NCBI GenBank assembly: GCA_021648485.1 | Contig: JAKISS010000010.1 | Location: 485-64,484 of the forward strand | Direction of reading: 5' to 3' | From: Gammaproteobacteria bacterium | GTDB lineage: Bacteria; Pseudomonadota; Gammaproteobacteria; SZUA-152 | DNA: 64,000 nt | Shown here: positions 18,992-29,819 of the stretch, piece by piece | Layout of the letters: each line of letters begins with the position of its first letter | How positions within the stretch are numbered: the stretch's first letter is position 1 | Made by a program: the position numbers and the translations under genes | Notes under the pieces: model-generated | Told to the model about the DNA's origin: nothing | Seen by the model: only the letters and a program-made list of their open reading frames with translations | Database searches by the model: none

Positions 18992-19936
18992 ATGAACATA
19001 CCAAGCGTAATATCGGATCTGAACTGGGAGCGCATTAAGGATCGCAGTTACCAGTATGCGTTATTGATGCGCTTGCACCGTCCCATTGGCACTTACCTGT
19101 TGCTATGGCCGACGGCGTGGGCGTTGTGGATTGCGGGACAGGGCAACCCGGATACGGGAGTGACGCTGGTGTTTGTGCTGGGCGTGGTGCTGTTGCGTGC
19201 GGCGGGTTGTGTGATTAATGATTATGCCGACCGTGAATTTGACCCGCGTGTTGCGCGCACCAAAAGCCGTCCCATTGCGGCGGGCAAAGTAACACCCCGG
19301 GAAGCATTGATACTGTTTGTGGTGTTATGCCTGGTTGCTTTTATGCTGGTATTGACGACGAACGGGCTCACCATTGCTCTGTCGCTGGTTGGCGCAGTGC
19401 TGGTGGCAATTTATCCTTTTACGAAACGTCACACGTATCTGCCGCAAGTGTTTTTGGGGCTGGCTTTTGGCTGGGCTATTCCCATGACATTTGCAGCACA
19501 AACCGGTGAAGTACCACTGGTGGCGTGGTTGCTGCTCATCGCCACAGTATTATGGGCTACAGCTTATGACAGCATGTATGCCATGGTGGATATCGAGGAT
19601 GACTTGAAAATCGGTGTTAAATCCACGGCGATTTTATTTGGTGATGCTGACCGCATGATTATTGGCAGTATCCAGGTGATGTTGCTTCTTACTTTATGGA
19701 TTATCGGTAACAAACTGGAACTGGATGTATTTTATTTTCTGGGTCTGTTGGTAGCGACAGGATTGGGTGTGTATCAGCAATGGCTGATTCGTGACCGCAG
19801 TCCTGAAGGTTGTTTCAAGGCTTTTCTTAATAATCATTGGTTTGGTGCTGTGATTTTTGCCGGACTGGTGTTGCATTACTGGTTTGCGGAAGGATCTGCG
19901 GAGTCCGTTGTCAGTGCCGTAAGTGGAGGTTTTTAA
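18992..19936 (+). CDS. ubiA: 4-hydroxybenzoate octaprenyltransferase
   Basis: UbiA prenyltransferase motifs NDYADREFD and [13 protein letters not shown]. Start moved to ATG 18992. Confidence 0.9.
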   Translation: MNIPSVISDLNWERIKDRSYQYALLMRLHRPIGTYLLLWPTAWALWIAGQGNPDTGVTLVFVLGVVLLRAAGCVINDYADREFDPRVARTKSRPIAAGKVTPREALILFVVLCLVAFMLVLTTNGLTIALSLVGAVLVAIYPFTKRHTYLPQVFLGLAFGWAIPMTFAAQTGEVPLVAWLLLIATVLWATAYDSMYAMVDIEDDLKIGVKSTAILFGDADRMIIGSIQVMLLLTLWIIGNKLELDVFYFLGLLVATGLGVYQQWLIRDRSPEGCFKAFLNNHWFGAVIFAGLVLHYWFAEGSAESVVSAVSGGF

Positions 19937-19940
19937 ATAG

Positions 19941-20942
19941 ATGTGGATGTCGTGGTTGGCTGTGGCGGGTGGTTTGGTTTTTTTGGTATGGAGTGCTGAA
20001 CGTTTTGTGCATGGTGCGGCAGGGCTGGCACGTAACCTGGGTGTGTCACCACTGATTATTGGTATGACTATCATGGGCTTTGGCACCTCGGCACCCGAGA
20101 TGCTGGTTTCCGGTATGGCCGCCAGCAGTGGTAATCCCGGGATGGGGATCGGCAATGCGTTAGGCTCCAACATCGCCAATATTGCGCTGGTTTTGGGGGC
20201 AACAGCACTGATCATGCCGTTAACAGTGGATTCCGGCATTTTGCGCCGCGAATTTCCCGTGCTGTTTGCAGCGACCTTGCTGGCAGGTGCCTTGATGCTT
20301 GATGGTGAATTGGGTGTGCTCGATGGCACTATCCTGCTGGGGTCCACGGCCTTATTGATTTTCTGGATGATCTGGTTGGGTAAACGTTCACAATCTGCAC
20401 CTTCTGGTGCCCCAGCAACAGCTTCGCTGGCGGACCCGTTGACCGGTGAATTCGAAAGAGAAGTCCCCACCAGTTTAAGTACCGGACAAGCGGTATTCTG
20501 GGCTGTTCTGGGGCTGGTGGCTTTGGTGCTGAGTTCCAGGCTGTTGGTGTGGGGTGCGGTAGGTATTGCTCAAGACCTGGGCGTGAGTGATTTAGTGATC
20601 GGTTTGACCATTATCGCTATCGGCACCAGCCTGCCAGAACTGGCTGCCTCGGTAATGAGTGCTCTCAAAGGTGAAGACGATATGGCTGTGGGCAATATCA
20701 TTGGCTCTAATATGTTCAACTTGTTGGCGGTACTGGCTTTGCCGGGATTGATTGCCCCCAGCGTATTGGAGCCGGCAGTGTTGCAACGTGATTTTCCTGT
20801 CGTGCTAGGATTAACCTTCGTGTTATTCCTGATGGCCTATGGCTTCAGAGGGCCGGGCCGAATCAATCGTCTTGAAGGCGGTTTGTTGCTGGCCTGTTTT
20901 GTCGGTTACATGACGTGGCTGGGTATGACAGGCCTAGGCTGA
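19941..20942 (+). CDS. yrbG: Calcium/sodium antiporter (CaCA family, YrbG-like)
   Basis: Two alpha-repeats (GTSAPE / GTSLPE). Positioned upstream of kdsD, as in E. coli. Confidence 0.85.
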   Translation: MWMSWLAVAGGLVFLVWSAERFVHGAAGLARNLGVSPLIIGMTIMGFGTSAPEMLVSGMAASSGNPGMGIGNALGSNIANIALVLGATALIMPLTVDSGILRREFPVLFAATLLAGALMLDGELGVLDGTILLGSTALLIFWMIWLGKRSQSAPSGAPATASLADPLTGEFEREVPTSLSTGQAVFWAVLGLVALVLSSRLLVWGAVGIAQDLGVSDLVIGLTIIAIGTSLPELAASVMSALKGEDDMAVGNIIGSNMFNLLAVLALPGLIAPSVLEPAVLQRDFPVVLGLTFVLFLMAYGFRGPGRINRLEGGLLLACFVGYMTWLGMTGLG

Positions 20943-20978
20943 TAGATTTAGGCATAATACCCGGATAATAATCAAAAA

Positions 20979-21956
20979 ATGATGAGTCCCGTTAAACTTG
21001 AACAAATGGCCCTTGCGGTCATCGACATTGAAGCCAAAGCCATAGCCGACCTTGCCGGCCGCATTGGCCCGGATTTTGTGCATGCCTGCCGTTTCATGTA
21101 TGACTGCGAAGGTCGTATTGTGGTGCTGGGCATGGGCAAGTCAGGCCATATTGGCGAAAAAATCGCTGCCACTCTGGCCAGCACCGGCAGCCCCGCTTTT
21201 TTTGTACACCCGGGTGAAGCCAGTCACGGCGATATGGGCATGATCACCCGCAATGATGTGGTGCTGGCACTGTCTAATTCCGGCGAAACCACGGAAGTTC
21301 TCACCATTCTGCCACTCATCAAACGCTTGGGAGTGCCACTTATTGCGCTCACCGGTAAGGTTGATTCCACTCTGGCCGGGGCCGCCGATGCACACCTTGA
21401 TGTGAGTGTGGAAAAAGAAGCATGCCCACTGGGACTGGCACCTACCTCCAGTACCACAGCAGCACTGGTGATGGGTGATGCGCTGGCGGTATCATTGCTG
21501 GAACAGCGTGGGTTTACTGCGGATGATTTTGCACTGTCGCACCCCGGCGGTTCACTGGGGCGGCGTTTATTGCTGCATGTGGAAGATATTATGCACGGCA
21601 ACGATAGCATTCCCTGTGTGAGCGATACCGCCAGCCTTAGCGAAGCGCTACTGGAAATGACGCAAAAAGGTTTGGGGATGACCGGTGTTGTTGATGCCGA
21701 TGGCAAGCTGGCAGGTATTTTTACCGACGGTGATTTGCGCCGGGTACTGGATCATGGCGAAGTTAATGTTCATCAAACCGGCATTGCTGAGGTGATGACA
21801 CGCAATTGCAAAACGGTACAGGCCCGGCAATTGGCGGTGGAAACACTGAGTCTGATGGAGCAGTACAAAATTAATTCGTTAATGGTAGTGAATGAACAAC
21901 AGCGACCCGTTGGCGCGCTGAATATGCATGACTTGCTGCGCGCGGGAGTGGTTTGA
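20979..21956 (+). CDS. kdsD: Arabinose-5-phosphate isomerase
   Basis: SIS domain (GMGKSGHIGEKIAATLASTG) plus tandem CBS domains. Confidence 0.9.
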   Translation: MMSPVKLEQMALAVIDIEAKAIADLAGRIGPDFVHACRFMYDCEGRIVVLGMGKSGHIGEKIAATLASTGSPAFFVHPGEASHGDMGMITRNDVVLALSNSGETTEVLTILPLIKRLGVPLIALTGKVDSTLAGAADAHLDVSVEKEACPLGLAPTSSTTAALVMGDALAVSLLEQRGFTADDFALSHPGGSLGRRLLLHVEDIMHGNDSIPCVSDTASLSEALLEMTQKGLGMTGVVDADGKLAGIFTDGDLRRVLDHGEVNVHQTGIAEVMTRNCKTVQARQLAVETLSLMEQYKINSLMVVNEQQRPVGALNMHDLLRAGVV

Positions 21957-21999
21957 TAAAACCCTTCTCTAAAAGTCAGGAACCAAACCCAGGAATAAT

Positions 22000-22524
22000 A
22001 TGAAAGATATTCTCGCCCGTGCGGCCCAAATCAAACTGCTGATCTTTGACGTAGACGGTGTGCTTACCGATGGTCGTTTGATTTTCGGTGATGATGGACA
22101 GGAATACAAAGCTTTTCACTCCCGTGATGGTCACGGTATGAAAATGTTGCAAAACAGTGGTGTGGAGGTGGGCATCATCACCGGTCGTACATCAAAAGTG
22201 GTGGAACACCGCATGGCCAACCTCGGCATCAAGCATGTTTATCAGGGCAAGCTGGAAAAACTGCCTGCTTTCGAAGAACTTATTGCCAAGTTGGGACTCG
22301 ACGCGGAACAAGTGGCGTACATGGGGGATGATGTGGTGGATTTACCTATTATGCTGCGTGTGGGGTTAGCCGTAGCCACTAACGATGCCCATGTACTGGT
22401 GAGCAAGCACGCCCATTGGCAATCCCCGCACAACGGTGGTCAGGGGGCAGCACGCGATCTCTGCGAGCTGATTATGGAGGCGCAGGGAACGCTGGACGCC
22501 GCCATGCAGTATTATTTGCAATAG
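22000..22524 (+). CDS. kdsC: KDO 8-phosphate phosphatase
   Basis: HAD motif LIFDVDGVLTDG...YMGDDVVDLP. Confidence 0.9.
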   Translation: MKDILARAAQIKLLIFDVDGVLTDGRLIFGDDGQEYKAFHSRDGHGMKMLQNSGVEVGIITGRTSKVVEHRMANLGIKHVYQGKLEKLPAFEELIAKLGLDAEQVAYMGDDVVDLPIMLRVGLAVATNDAHVLVSKHAHWQSPHNGGQGAARDLCELIMEAQGTLDAAMQYYLQ

Positions 22525-22673
22525 GCTGTTTATAGGGTCTGGTACACATTCCGAGAATGAAAGTCATTTTGAGGTGAATAATGGTTCTATTTAACAAAAA
22601 TGAGCGGCAAATGTGACCAAAATGAATTTTCCGCCGCAGACTTCTCATTCTCGAACAGGCTCCTAGGTATCGG

Positions 22674-23246
22674 ATGTTGTTTCAGCGCTTGTGGAAATCC
22701 TTCGTCCCTCTGCTGGTTGTGCTTGTCGCCGGACTCAGTGTGTGGCTGTTTCAGAAACAGCCGGATAAGGGACCAATAGTGACACCGCAAACTCAACGTG
22801 TGCCGGACTCGTTCATGGAAAATTTCACCACACAAGTATTAGACGAACAGGGGCGGCCGCAATATCAACTCCAGGCCACACATATGGCACATTACGCCGA
22901 TGATGATCGCAGTGAATTTACGCAACCACAATTTACCGCTTTCCAGTCCGATGGTCAGCGCTGGACGGCAGTGGCAGAAACCGGTCGCGCGGAAAATGGT
23001 AATGGACAGATTTTTCTGGATGGCTCGGTGATCATCCAACGCTACCCTGACGAGCTAGCATCGGCCAATTTACAGATTCGTACCCGCGATGTGCGCGTGC
23101 GGCCTGCGGATGATTATGCAGAAACGAATCAGGCAGCCACCATCGTGCAAAATGAAGACACCTTGAAGACAGTGGGTCTGCAAGTATATTTCCGCAAGGG
23201 GCAGGTACAATTATTGTCGCAGGTACGAGGGATTTATGCGCCTTAA
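22674..23246 (+). CDS. lptC: LPS export protein LptC
   Basis: N-terminal anchor plus an OstA-like fold. Its position, overlapping lptA, is conserved. Confidence 0.8.
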   Translation: MLFQRLWKSFVPLLVVLVAGLSVWLFQKQPDKGPIVTPQTQRVPDSFMENFTTQVLDEQGRPQYQLQATHMAHYADDDRSEFTQPQFTAFQSDGQRWTAVAETGRAENGNGQIFLDGSVIIQRYPDELASANLQIRTRDVRVRPADDYAETNQAATIVQNEDTLKTVGLQVYFRKGQVQLLSQVRGIYAP

Positions 23247-23754
23247 GCTCCTGTTATTGCTGATGAGCTGTGTGTTCAGCGCACTGGTATTGGCCAGTAA
23301 CGATGACAGCCAACAGCCGGTTCATATTGCGGCTGATCGGGCAGAGATTGACGAAGCGCTAGGAGTAATGACCTACACCGGCCATGTGATAGTGCGTCAG
23401 GGAGGCATTGAGATGCGTGCCGATAAAGTGGTGGTGTACAGCAAAGAGGGAGAATTGCAACGCATTACCGCACAGGGTCAGCCAGCGCATTATTTGCAGG
23501 AACGGGCGGACGGAAAAGTCGTGAAAGGCAGCAGTCAGCGCATGGAATACAACGCGAACAACAAACAGGTGTTGCTGCTGGGCAAAGCACAATTCTGGCA
23601 GGGTGGTAATCGTTTTAGCGGTAATCGTATTCAATATGACCCCGATGCCGAGCGAGTACTCGCCAATGCGGGCGCTGCCAACAAAACAGGTGAGCAACAG
23701 AGAGTAACCGTTATCTTACAACCGCGCCCTAAAAAAACTGACACCCAGCCATGA
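23236..23754 (+). CDS. lptA: LPS transport periplasmic protein LptA
   Basis: Signal peptide and an OstA N-terminal-type beta-jellyroll sequence. Position is conserved. Confidence 0.85.
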   Translation: MRLKLLLLLMSCVFSALVLASNDDSQQPVHIAADRAEIDEALGVMTYTGHVIVRQGGIEMRADKVVVYSKEGELQRITAQGQPAHYLQERADGKVVKGSSQRMEYNANNKQVLLLGKAQFWQGGNRFSGNRIQYDPDAERVLANAGAANKTGEQQRVTVILQPRPKKTDTQP

Positions 23755-24476
23755 GCAATTTGGTTGCCATCGATCTTGCCAAGCAATATCAATCACGGCA
23801 GGTGGTAAAAAAAGTCTCCGTCACCGTAGGTAGTGGCGAAGTGGTGGGCCTGCTGGGCCCCAACGGTGCAGGTAAGACCACCTGCTTTTACATGATTGTC
23901 GGTCTGGTGGCTTGTGATTATGGTCAGATTCACCTCAATGATCATGATGTCACCCATTATCCATTGCATGCACGGGCCCGTTTGGGCATCGGTTACCTGC
24001 CGCAAGAAGCCTCGGTGTTTCGCAAACTCAGTGTTGCGGATAATTTATTGGCCATATTACAGACCCGCGCCGACCTGACGCGACAGCAGCAACAATGCAA
24101 ACTGGACGAATTGCTAGGTGAGCTGCATATTAGCCACATTCGTGATTCGCCGGGTATGAGTCTCTCGGGGGGAGAACGCCGACGGGTAGAAATCGCCCGC
24201 GCACTGGCCACTGAGCCCAAATTCATCTTGTTAGACGAACCTTTTGCCGGTGTTGACCCCATTTCCGTGCTGGATATTCAGCGTATAATCAATCACTTAA
24301 CCGAACGCGGCATCGGTGTGCTGATTACCGACCATAACGTAAGAGAAACCCTTGGGATTTGCCACCGTGCCTATATTATGAATGCCGGTGAAGTGATCGC
24401 TCAGGGTATTCCGGAAGACGTGCTTAAAGATTCTCACGTCAGGGACGTTTATCTGGGACAGGATTTTAAACTTTGA
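23751..24476 (+). CDS. lptB: LPS export ABC transporter ATP-binding protein LptB
   Basis: Walker [10 protein letters not shown], signature LSGGERRR, Walker B ILLDEP. ATGA overlap with lptA. Confidence 0.95.
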   Translation: MSNLVAIDLAKQYQSRQVVKKVSVTVGSGEVVGLLGPNGAGKTTCFYMIVGLVACDYGQIHLNDHDVTHYPLHARARLGIGYLPQEASVFRKLSVADNLLAILQTRADLTRQQQQCKLDELLGELHISHIRDSPGMSLSGGERRRVEIARALATEPKFILLDEPFAGVDPISVLDIQRIINHLTERGIGVLITDHNVRETLGICHRAYIMNAGEVIAQGIPEDVLKDSHVRDVYLGQDFKL

Positions 24477-24628
24477 CATATAGCAGCGTCTATTGAAGAT
24501 ATAAAAAATAAATACCTGCCAAGTCTTCAACATCCCGGGGTTTGGAGTAAACTGACAATAAATAACAGGTAAAAAGATCGCTCCCCTTTGGGAGAAGCGA
24601 CTTTGACCAAGGCCCGACTCGCATATCA

Positions 24629-26161
24629 ATGAAGCAAACCTTACAGCTTAAACTGGGTCAGCATCTGACCATGACCCCTCAGTTGCAACAGGCTATCCGC
24701 TTGTTACAGCTCTCTACTCTGGAGTTGCAAACGGAGATTCAGGAGGCGCTTGAATCCAATCCTATGCTTGAGGTTACAGAGGAGGCCGCTGCGGAACGTC
24801 GTGAAAATGACAGCGGTGAACGAAGTGATGGCGAAACGAGCACTACCGCTGACAGCCGCAGCGGTGAAAATCGTACTGAAAACCAAAGTGAAGATGGTGA
24901 AAACATCGACGTAGCTGACCGTGCTGTGGACAAACAGGAGCAGGAAATCCCCAACGATCTGCCCACCGACAGTGAATGGGAAGACTCCTACAGCGATACC
25001 TACGTCGATTCCTACAGCTCTGTTTCGCGGAACAATGACAGTGAGAACTTAAGTTACGAACAAGCGGATAGCAGCAGCGAAAGCCTGCAAGATCATTTAT
25101 TATGGCAGTTAAATCTTTCCCCTTGCAGCGAAACTGACCAAGCTATTGCCACAACTATTATTGACGCCATTGATGACGATGGTTACCTCAGTACATCACT
25201 GGAAGAACTGCATCAATCCCTGTCCGAAGGTAACGACATTGAGCTGGATGAAGTAGAAGCGGTATTACACCGCGTACAGGATTTTGACCCACCCGGTATT
25301 GCTGCCCGTGATCTTCGCGAATGTATGCTGATTCAACTGAAATATTACGATGCGGAAACACCCTGGCTGAGCGAAGCAAAGGTGTTACTCAAAGAACATT
25401 TTGATGCCTTGGCCAAACGTGAATATCCACTGATTATGCGCCGCATGAAATTGGCCGAAACACAAATGCAGCACGTCATTCAGCTGGTGCAAAGCCTTAA
25501 TCCGCGACCCGGTGGACACATTACAGGCAGCCAGCCTGAATACATTATTCCTGATGTCTTTGTGAAAAGGATAAAAGGCCAGTGGCGTGTGGAGTTGAAC
25601 CCGGATATCACCCCGAAAATTGGTATCAACAGCCTTTACGCAAAAATGGCGCAACGTAATAACAGCAAAGATGCCACTTTCTTGAAAAATAATTTACAGG
25701 AAGCACGCTGGTTTATTAAAAGTCTGCGCAGTCGTAACGAAACATTATTAAAAGTAGCAACAACTATTGTTGATCGTCAGCGCGGCTTTTTTGATCACGG
25801 TGAAGAGGCCATGAAACCCATGGTGATGCACGATATCGCAGAAATTGTTGAAATGCATGAATCAACCATTTCCCGGGTTACCACAAAAAAATATATGCAT
25901 ACCCCGCGAGGTATATTTGAACTGAAGTTTTTCTTTTCAAGTCATGTGGGAACGACGACGGGCGGTGAATGCTCAGCCACCGCCATTCGCGCAATTTTGA
26001 AAAAATTGATTGCCGCTGAAAAGCCAAGTAAACCATTGAGTGATAATAAATTGGCAGGTTTGCTGGGTGATCAGGGTATCAATGTGGCACGTCGCACGGT
26101 GGCAAAATACCGTGAAGCAATGTCCATCGCACCATCCAATGAACGTAAACGGCTTGTCTAA
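24629..26161 (+). CDS. rpoN: RNA polymerase sigma-54 factor
   Basis: N-terminal Gln/Leu region, acidic region II, and RpoN box ARRTVAKYR. Confidence 0.95.
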   Translation: MKQTLQLKLGQHLTMTPQLQQAIRLLQLSTLELQTEIQEALESNPMLEVTEEAAAERRENDSGERSDGETSTTADSRSGENRTENQSEDGENIDVADRAVDKQEQEIPNDLPTDSEWEDSYSDTYVDSYSSVSRNNDSENLSYEQADSSSESLQDHLLWQLNLSPCSETDQAIATTIIDAIDDDGYLSTSLEELHQSLSEGNDIELDEVEAVLHRVQDFDPPGIAARDLRECMLIQLKYYDAETPWLSEAKVLLKEHFDALAKREYPLIMRRMKLAETQMQHVIQLVQSLNPRPGGHITGSQPEYIIPDVFVKRIKGQWRVELNPDITPKIGINSLYAKMAQRNNSKDATFLKNNLQEARWFIKSLRSRNETLLKVATTIVDRQRGFFDHGEEAMKPMVMHDIAEIVEMHESTISRVTTKKYMHTPRGIFELKFFFSSHVGTTTGGECSATAIRAILKKLIAAEKPSKPLSDNKLAGLLGDQGINVARRTVAKYREAMSIAPSNERKRLV

Positions 26162-26223
26162 CTGTCGTAGCTAACAAAAAATAGCAGCCGAATGGACGTT
26201 GGATACAACTAAAGGAGTTAATT

Positions 26224-26568
26224 ATGCAAGTTAATGTTACTGGTCAACATCTTGAAATTACCGATTCGCTTCGTGACTATATTACTACCAAGCTGGCTAA
26301 ACTGGAGCGACATATCGATACGGTGACCAACGTTCATGCTATCCTCAGCGTGGAAAAACAGCGTCAAAAAGCGGAGGCCACGATTCATATTAACGGAGCC
26401 AATCTTTTTGCGGCTGCCGAAGATGAAAATATGTACACGGCCATCGATGCATTAATCGACAAACTTGATCGCCAGGTGAAAAAACACAAAGAAAAACGTT
26501 CTAATCACCATCGTGGCAGCAGTTCTGCGTTGCAGGCCTCATTACAGGAAGAGGCTTCGCAGGAATAA
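26224..26568 (+). CDS. hpf: Ribosome hibernation promoting factor
   Basis: MQVNVTGQHLEITDSLRDYI... in the position downstream of rpoN. Confidence 0.9.
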   Translation: MQVNVTGQHLEITDSLRDYITTKLAKLERHIDTVTNVHAILSVEKQRQKAEATIHINGANLFAAAEDENMYTAIDALIDKLDRQVKKHKEKRSNHHRGSSSALQASLQEEASQE

Positions 26569-26672
26569 TCCAGAAAACTGTGCAACAATAACATTGTGTG
26601 TGGGAGTGAAAGCTCCCGCACACGCTATCAAACCCATTGATTTTTAATCCTATTTATTATCACAATATTACC

Positions 26673-27137
26673 ATGCAACTTTCTGACATTATTACCCCCG
26701 AGCGCATTGCGACGCAGGTGCCTGTTGCCAGCAAAAAACGTGCGCTGGAAACACTTAGCGAGCTTTTTGTGACGCGCTCAGCTGGCACGCTGGATGCGCA
26801 CGATATCTTTAACAGTTTAATTGCCCGTGAGCGCCTGGGTACCACAGCCATTGATCATGGTGTTGCCATACCACACGGACGACTCAAAAACAGCACAGAA
26901 ACTATTGGTGCCTTTGTGCAATTGGCTAATGGTATTGATTGTGATGCTTTTGATCGTCAATCGGTTAATCTCATGTTTGCATTACTGGTGCCTGAGGACT
27001 CCACCGAAGAGCACTTGCAATTGTTGGCGCGCTTAGCCGAAATGTTCAGTGATAACGAATTGCGTGAAAAATTACGGGCAGCGGCTAACAGTCAGTCACT
27101 TTATGATTCGCTGATTGACTGGGACCGGAATCACTAG
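26673..27137 (+). CDS. ptsN: PTS IIA-like nitrogen regulatory protein PtsN (EIIA-Ntr)
   Basis: EIIA-Ntr motif GTTAIDHGVAIPHGR. Start moved to ATG 26673. Confidence 0.9.
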   Translation: MQLSDIITPERIATQVPVASKKRALETLSELFVTRSAGTLDAHDIFNSLIARERLGTTAIDHGVAIPHGRLKNSTETIGAFVQLANGIDCDAFDRQSVNLMFALLVPEDSTEEHLQLLARLAEMFSDNELREKLRAAANSQSLYDSLIDWDRNH

Positions 27138-27174
27138 CCCGTATCAAATAACTGGAATTTGTACCCCCCGGCCT

Positions 27175-28125
27175 ATGAACGACACTGTTACCGTCAATCT
27201 TTTGTTTCAGCGTTATCAACAACGACTAGGTTTGCAGTGGCTTGCCGGGCGTGGTGGTGAGCAGCGAACATTGAGGTATAGCGCTGATACCTCAGGTCAT
27301 TCGTTGATTGGCTATCTCAATGTTATTCATCCCAATCGGTTACAACTACTGGGGCCGATAGAGCTTGATTATCTCAATAAGCTTGATGTTGTGTCACGCC
27401 AACAGCTGATTGAACAATTATGCGCAGGTGAACCGGCAGCAGTCGTGATTGCTGAGCAGCAATCCGCCCCGGATGATTTGTGTGATTTTTGTGAAAAAAC
27501 CGATACACCCTTATTGTTGTCCAATCTCGGCAGTACAAAACTGATGTGCAGCCTGCGCCATTATCTTGATGATGAACTGGCAGAAAAAACAGTAGTACAC
27601 GGCGTGTTTCTGGAAGTACATGGTATGGGTGTGTTGCTTACCGGAGAAAGCAGTGTTGGTAAGAGTGAGCTGGCACTGGAGTTGATATCCCGTAATCATC
27701 GGCTGATTGCGGATGATGCTCCGGAGTTCTCACGAGTGGGGCCTGATACCGTGCGTGGCCGCTGTCCTGAAGTTTTACGGGACTTTATCGAAGTGCGTGG
27801 TCTGGGTATCCTGAATATCCGCGCCATGTACGGTGACAGTGCTATCAAATTTAACAAAGACCTACGTTTGATTGTGCACTTACAACGACTGGCTGCGGAA
27901 GACCTGCACAAAGTAGATCGCTTGAAAGGCAGTTATCGCAAGCGCACGATTCTGGATGTCGAAATTCCCGAAGCCACGCTACCCGTGGCCTCCGGGCGCA
28001 ACCTTGCCGTGCTGGTGGAAGCCGCAGTGCGAGACCATATTTTATTACGTAAGGGGTACAATGCCGTCGAAGCCTTCAGCCAGCGACAGCGTGAATTGAT
28101 TCAGGCGCAAACGATTCCATCTTAG
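27175..28125 (+). CDS. hprK: HPr(Ser) kinase/phosphorylase
   Basis: P-loop GESSVGKSELALEL and HprK signature IEVRGLGILNI. Start moved to ATG 27175. Confidence 0.9.
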   Translation: MNDTVTVNLLFQRYQQRLGLQWLAGRGGEQRTLRYSADTSGHSLIGYLNVIHPNRLQLLGPIELDYLNKLDVVSRQQLIEQLCAGEPAAVVIAEQQSAPDDLCDFCEKTDTPLLLSNLGSTKLMCSLRHYLDDELAEKTVVHGVFLEVHGMGVLLTGESSVGKSELALELISRNHRLIADDAPEFSRVGPDTVRGRCPEVLRDFIEVRGLGILNIRAMYGDSAIKFNKDLRLIVHLQRLAAEDLHKVDRLKGSYRKRTILDVEIPEATLPVASGRNLAVLVEAAVRDHILLRKGYNAVEAFSQRQRELIQAQTIPS

Positions 28126-28238
28126 GCCGGTATGACAGAATAACGTGGATATCGTGCTTGTCTACCCACATTACTTTGTCATACCTCCTTAACAAATAGA
28201 CAATTAATGCAATCTTAAATTAAAGTGCATCACATATT

Positions 28239-29096
28239 ATGAAACTTGTTGTTATCAGCGGCGTCTCCGGCTCCGGAAAATCCACAGCCCTGCATGTGCT
28301 GGAAGATCAGGGCTATTATTGTATCGACAATTTGCCGGTGGGCCTGTTGCCGGACTTTGCGGTAAAAATGAATGCCTTTCCCGGACAACTGGGTGAGTTG
28401 GCCGCCGTGGGTATTGATGCCCGCAATCCACCGTTGGATCTCAGTCGTTTCCCGGAAATTCTCGATACATTGAAAGATGCGGGTGTTGATTGCGAAGTGA
28501 TTTTTCTCGATGCTGATGATGAAGTGTTATTCAAACGGTTTAGTGAAACCCGCCGTAAACACCCCTTGAGTGGAGAAGAAATTCCTTTGCAGGAAGCCAT
28601 ACATTATGAGCGACGCTTGCTGCAACCCGTTATTGATCGTGCTGACTTGTTTACCGACACCACCCGAAGTAATGTACATCAGCTTCGCGACCTGATTCGT
28701 GAACGCATACGAGGTGAACAGCAAGTCGGGCTGTCAATTTTATTTGAGTCATTTGGTTTTAAACATGGCATGGCAGCAGATGCCGATTTTGTTTTCGATG
28801 CGCGTTGCCTGCCCAATCCGCATTGGGAAAATAAATTACGCGCATTGACCGGTCGGGACCAACCCGTTGCAGATTTTCTTAAAGGTCAGGAATTGGTGGA
28901 AAGTTTTTTTGTACAGATACAAGAAATGATGACCCAGTGGATTCCTTGTTTTGAAGCCGACAACCGCAGCTACTTGACCATTGCCACCGGCTGCACAGGT
29001 GGTCAACACCGTTCGGTATATTTAACCGAGCGTCTCGGCCAGTATTTTCAGCAACAACGCGATAACGTTATCATTCGTCATCGTGACTTACCCTGA
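28239..29096 (+). CDS. rapZ: RNase adapter protein RapZ (YhbJ)
   Basis: Walker A GVSGSGKSTAL. Position is conserved. Confidence 0.9.
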   Translation: MKLVVISGVSGSGKSTALHVLEDQGYYCIDNLPVGLLPDFAVKMNAFPGQLGELAAVGIDARNPPLDLSRFPEILDTLKDAGVDCEVIFLDADDEVLFKRFSETRRKHPLSGEEIPLQEAIHYERRLLQPVIDRADLFTDTTRSNVHQLRDLIRERIRGEQQVGLSILFESFGFKHGMAADADFVFDARCLPNPHWENKLRALTGRDQPVADFLKGQELVESFFVQIQEMMTQWIPCFEADNRSYLTIATGCTGGQHRSVYLTERLGQYFQQQRDNVIIRHRDLP

Positions 29097-29109
29097 CTGA
29101 GAGCCTGTC

Positions 29110-29511
29110 ATGACTATCGGTGTACTTTTGGTGAGCCACGAATCTCTTGGGTATATGATGCTGGATATCAGTGTCAAAACACTCAGCGTCTGCCCGTTGG
29201 CAACCCGTGTGCTAAGTGTGCCACTGGATGACGACCTGGACACGCTGGCCAAGCGTGCTGAAAAAATGGTTATTGAACTGGACAGTGGTGACGGCGTGTT
29301 AGTTCTCACTGATCTCTGTGGCGCAACACCCTCGAATATTGCCTGCCGACTTGTTCGCCTCAACCATGTCATGGTTGTTGCTGGTCTCAACCTGTCCATG
29401 CTGATTCGAGTGCTTAACTATCCCGAACTGTCACTTGCTGAAATGGCTGAACGCGCTGTGGACGGTGGGCGTCAAGGTGTTATGTTATTGCCTGGTCGCA
29501 ACGAAGCCTGA
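29110..29511 (+). CDS. PTS EIIA component, mannose/fructose family
   Basis: EIIA-Man-type N-terminus IGVLLVSHESLG. 133 aa. Confidence 0.75.
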   Translation: MTIGVLLVSHESLGYMMLDISVKTLSVCPLATRVLSVPLDDDLDTLAKRAEKMVIELDSGDGVLVLTDLCGATPSNIACRLVRLNHVMVVAGLNLSMLIRVLNYPELSLAEMAERAVDGGRQGVMLLPGRNEA

Positions 29512-29534
29512 TGTAATACAGGAGTCTCCCGAAG

Positions 29535-29804
29535 ATGATCCATCGTCCCGTTACCATCATCAACAAGCTTGGTTTGCACGCCCGCGCGGCGGCCAAACTG
29601 GTGGCGCTTGCCAGTCAATTTGGCAGTGATATCAAACTGGTTAAAAGCACCACCGAGGTTAATGGCAAGAGTATTCTCGGAGTTATGATGCTGGCCGCCG
29701 CCAAAGGTACGGAGCTGGAGTTGATTGCTGAAGGTGCGGATGAAATAAAAGCACTGGATGCACTGGAAAACCTTATTGCGCGCCGTTTTGATGAGACTGA
29801 ATAG
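29535..29804 (+). CDS. ptsH: HPr-family phosphocarrier protein (HPr/NPr) with His15 and Ser46
   Basis: GLH15ARAA and NGKS46ILGVMML. Confidence 0.9.
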   Translation: MIHRPVTIINKLGLHARAAAKLVALASQFGSDIKLVKSTTEVNGKSILGVMMLAAAKGTELELIAEGADEIKALDALENLIARRFDETE

Positions 29805-29819
29805 CGTGTAATTTTCTGA

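Noticed and set aside
26595-26623. Hairpin GTGTGTGGGAG-TGAAAG-CTCCCGCACAC between hpf and ptsN, considered as a terminator.
   Set aside because: No T-run follows it, and hpf-ptsN are normally co-transcribed. It may be an mRNA-processing or stability element, but I cannot support a terminator call.
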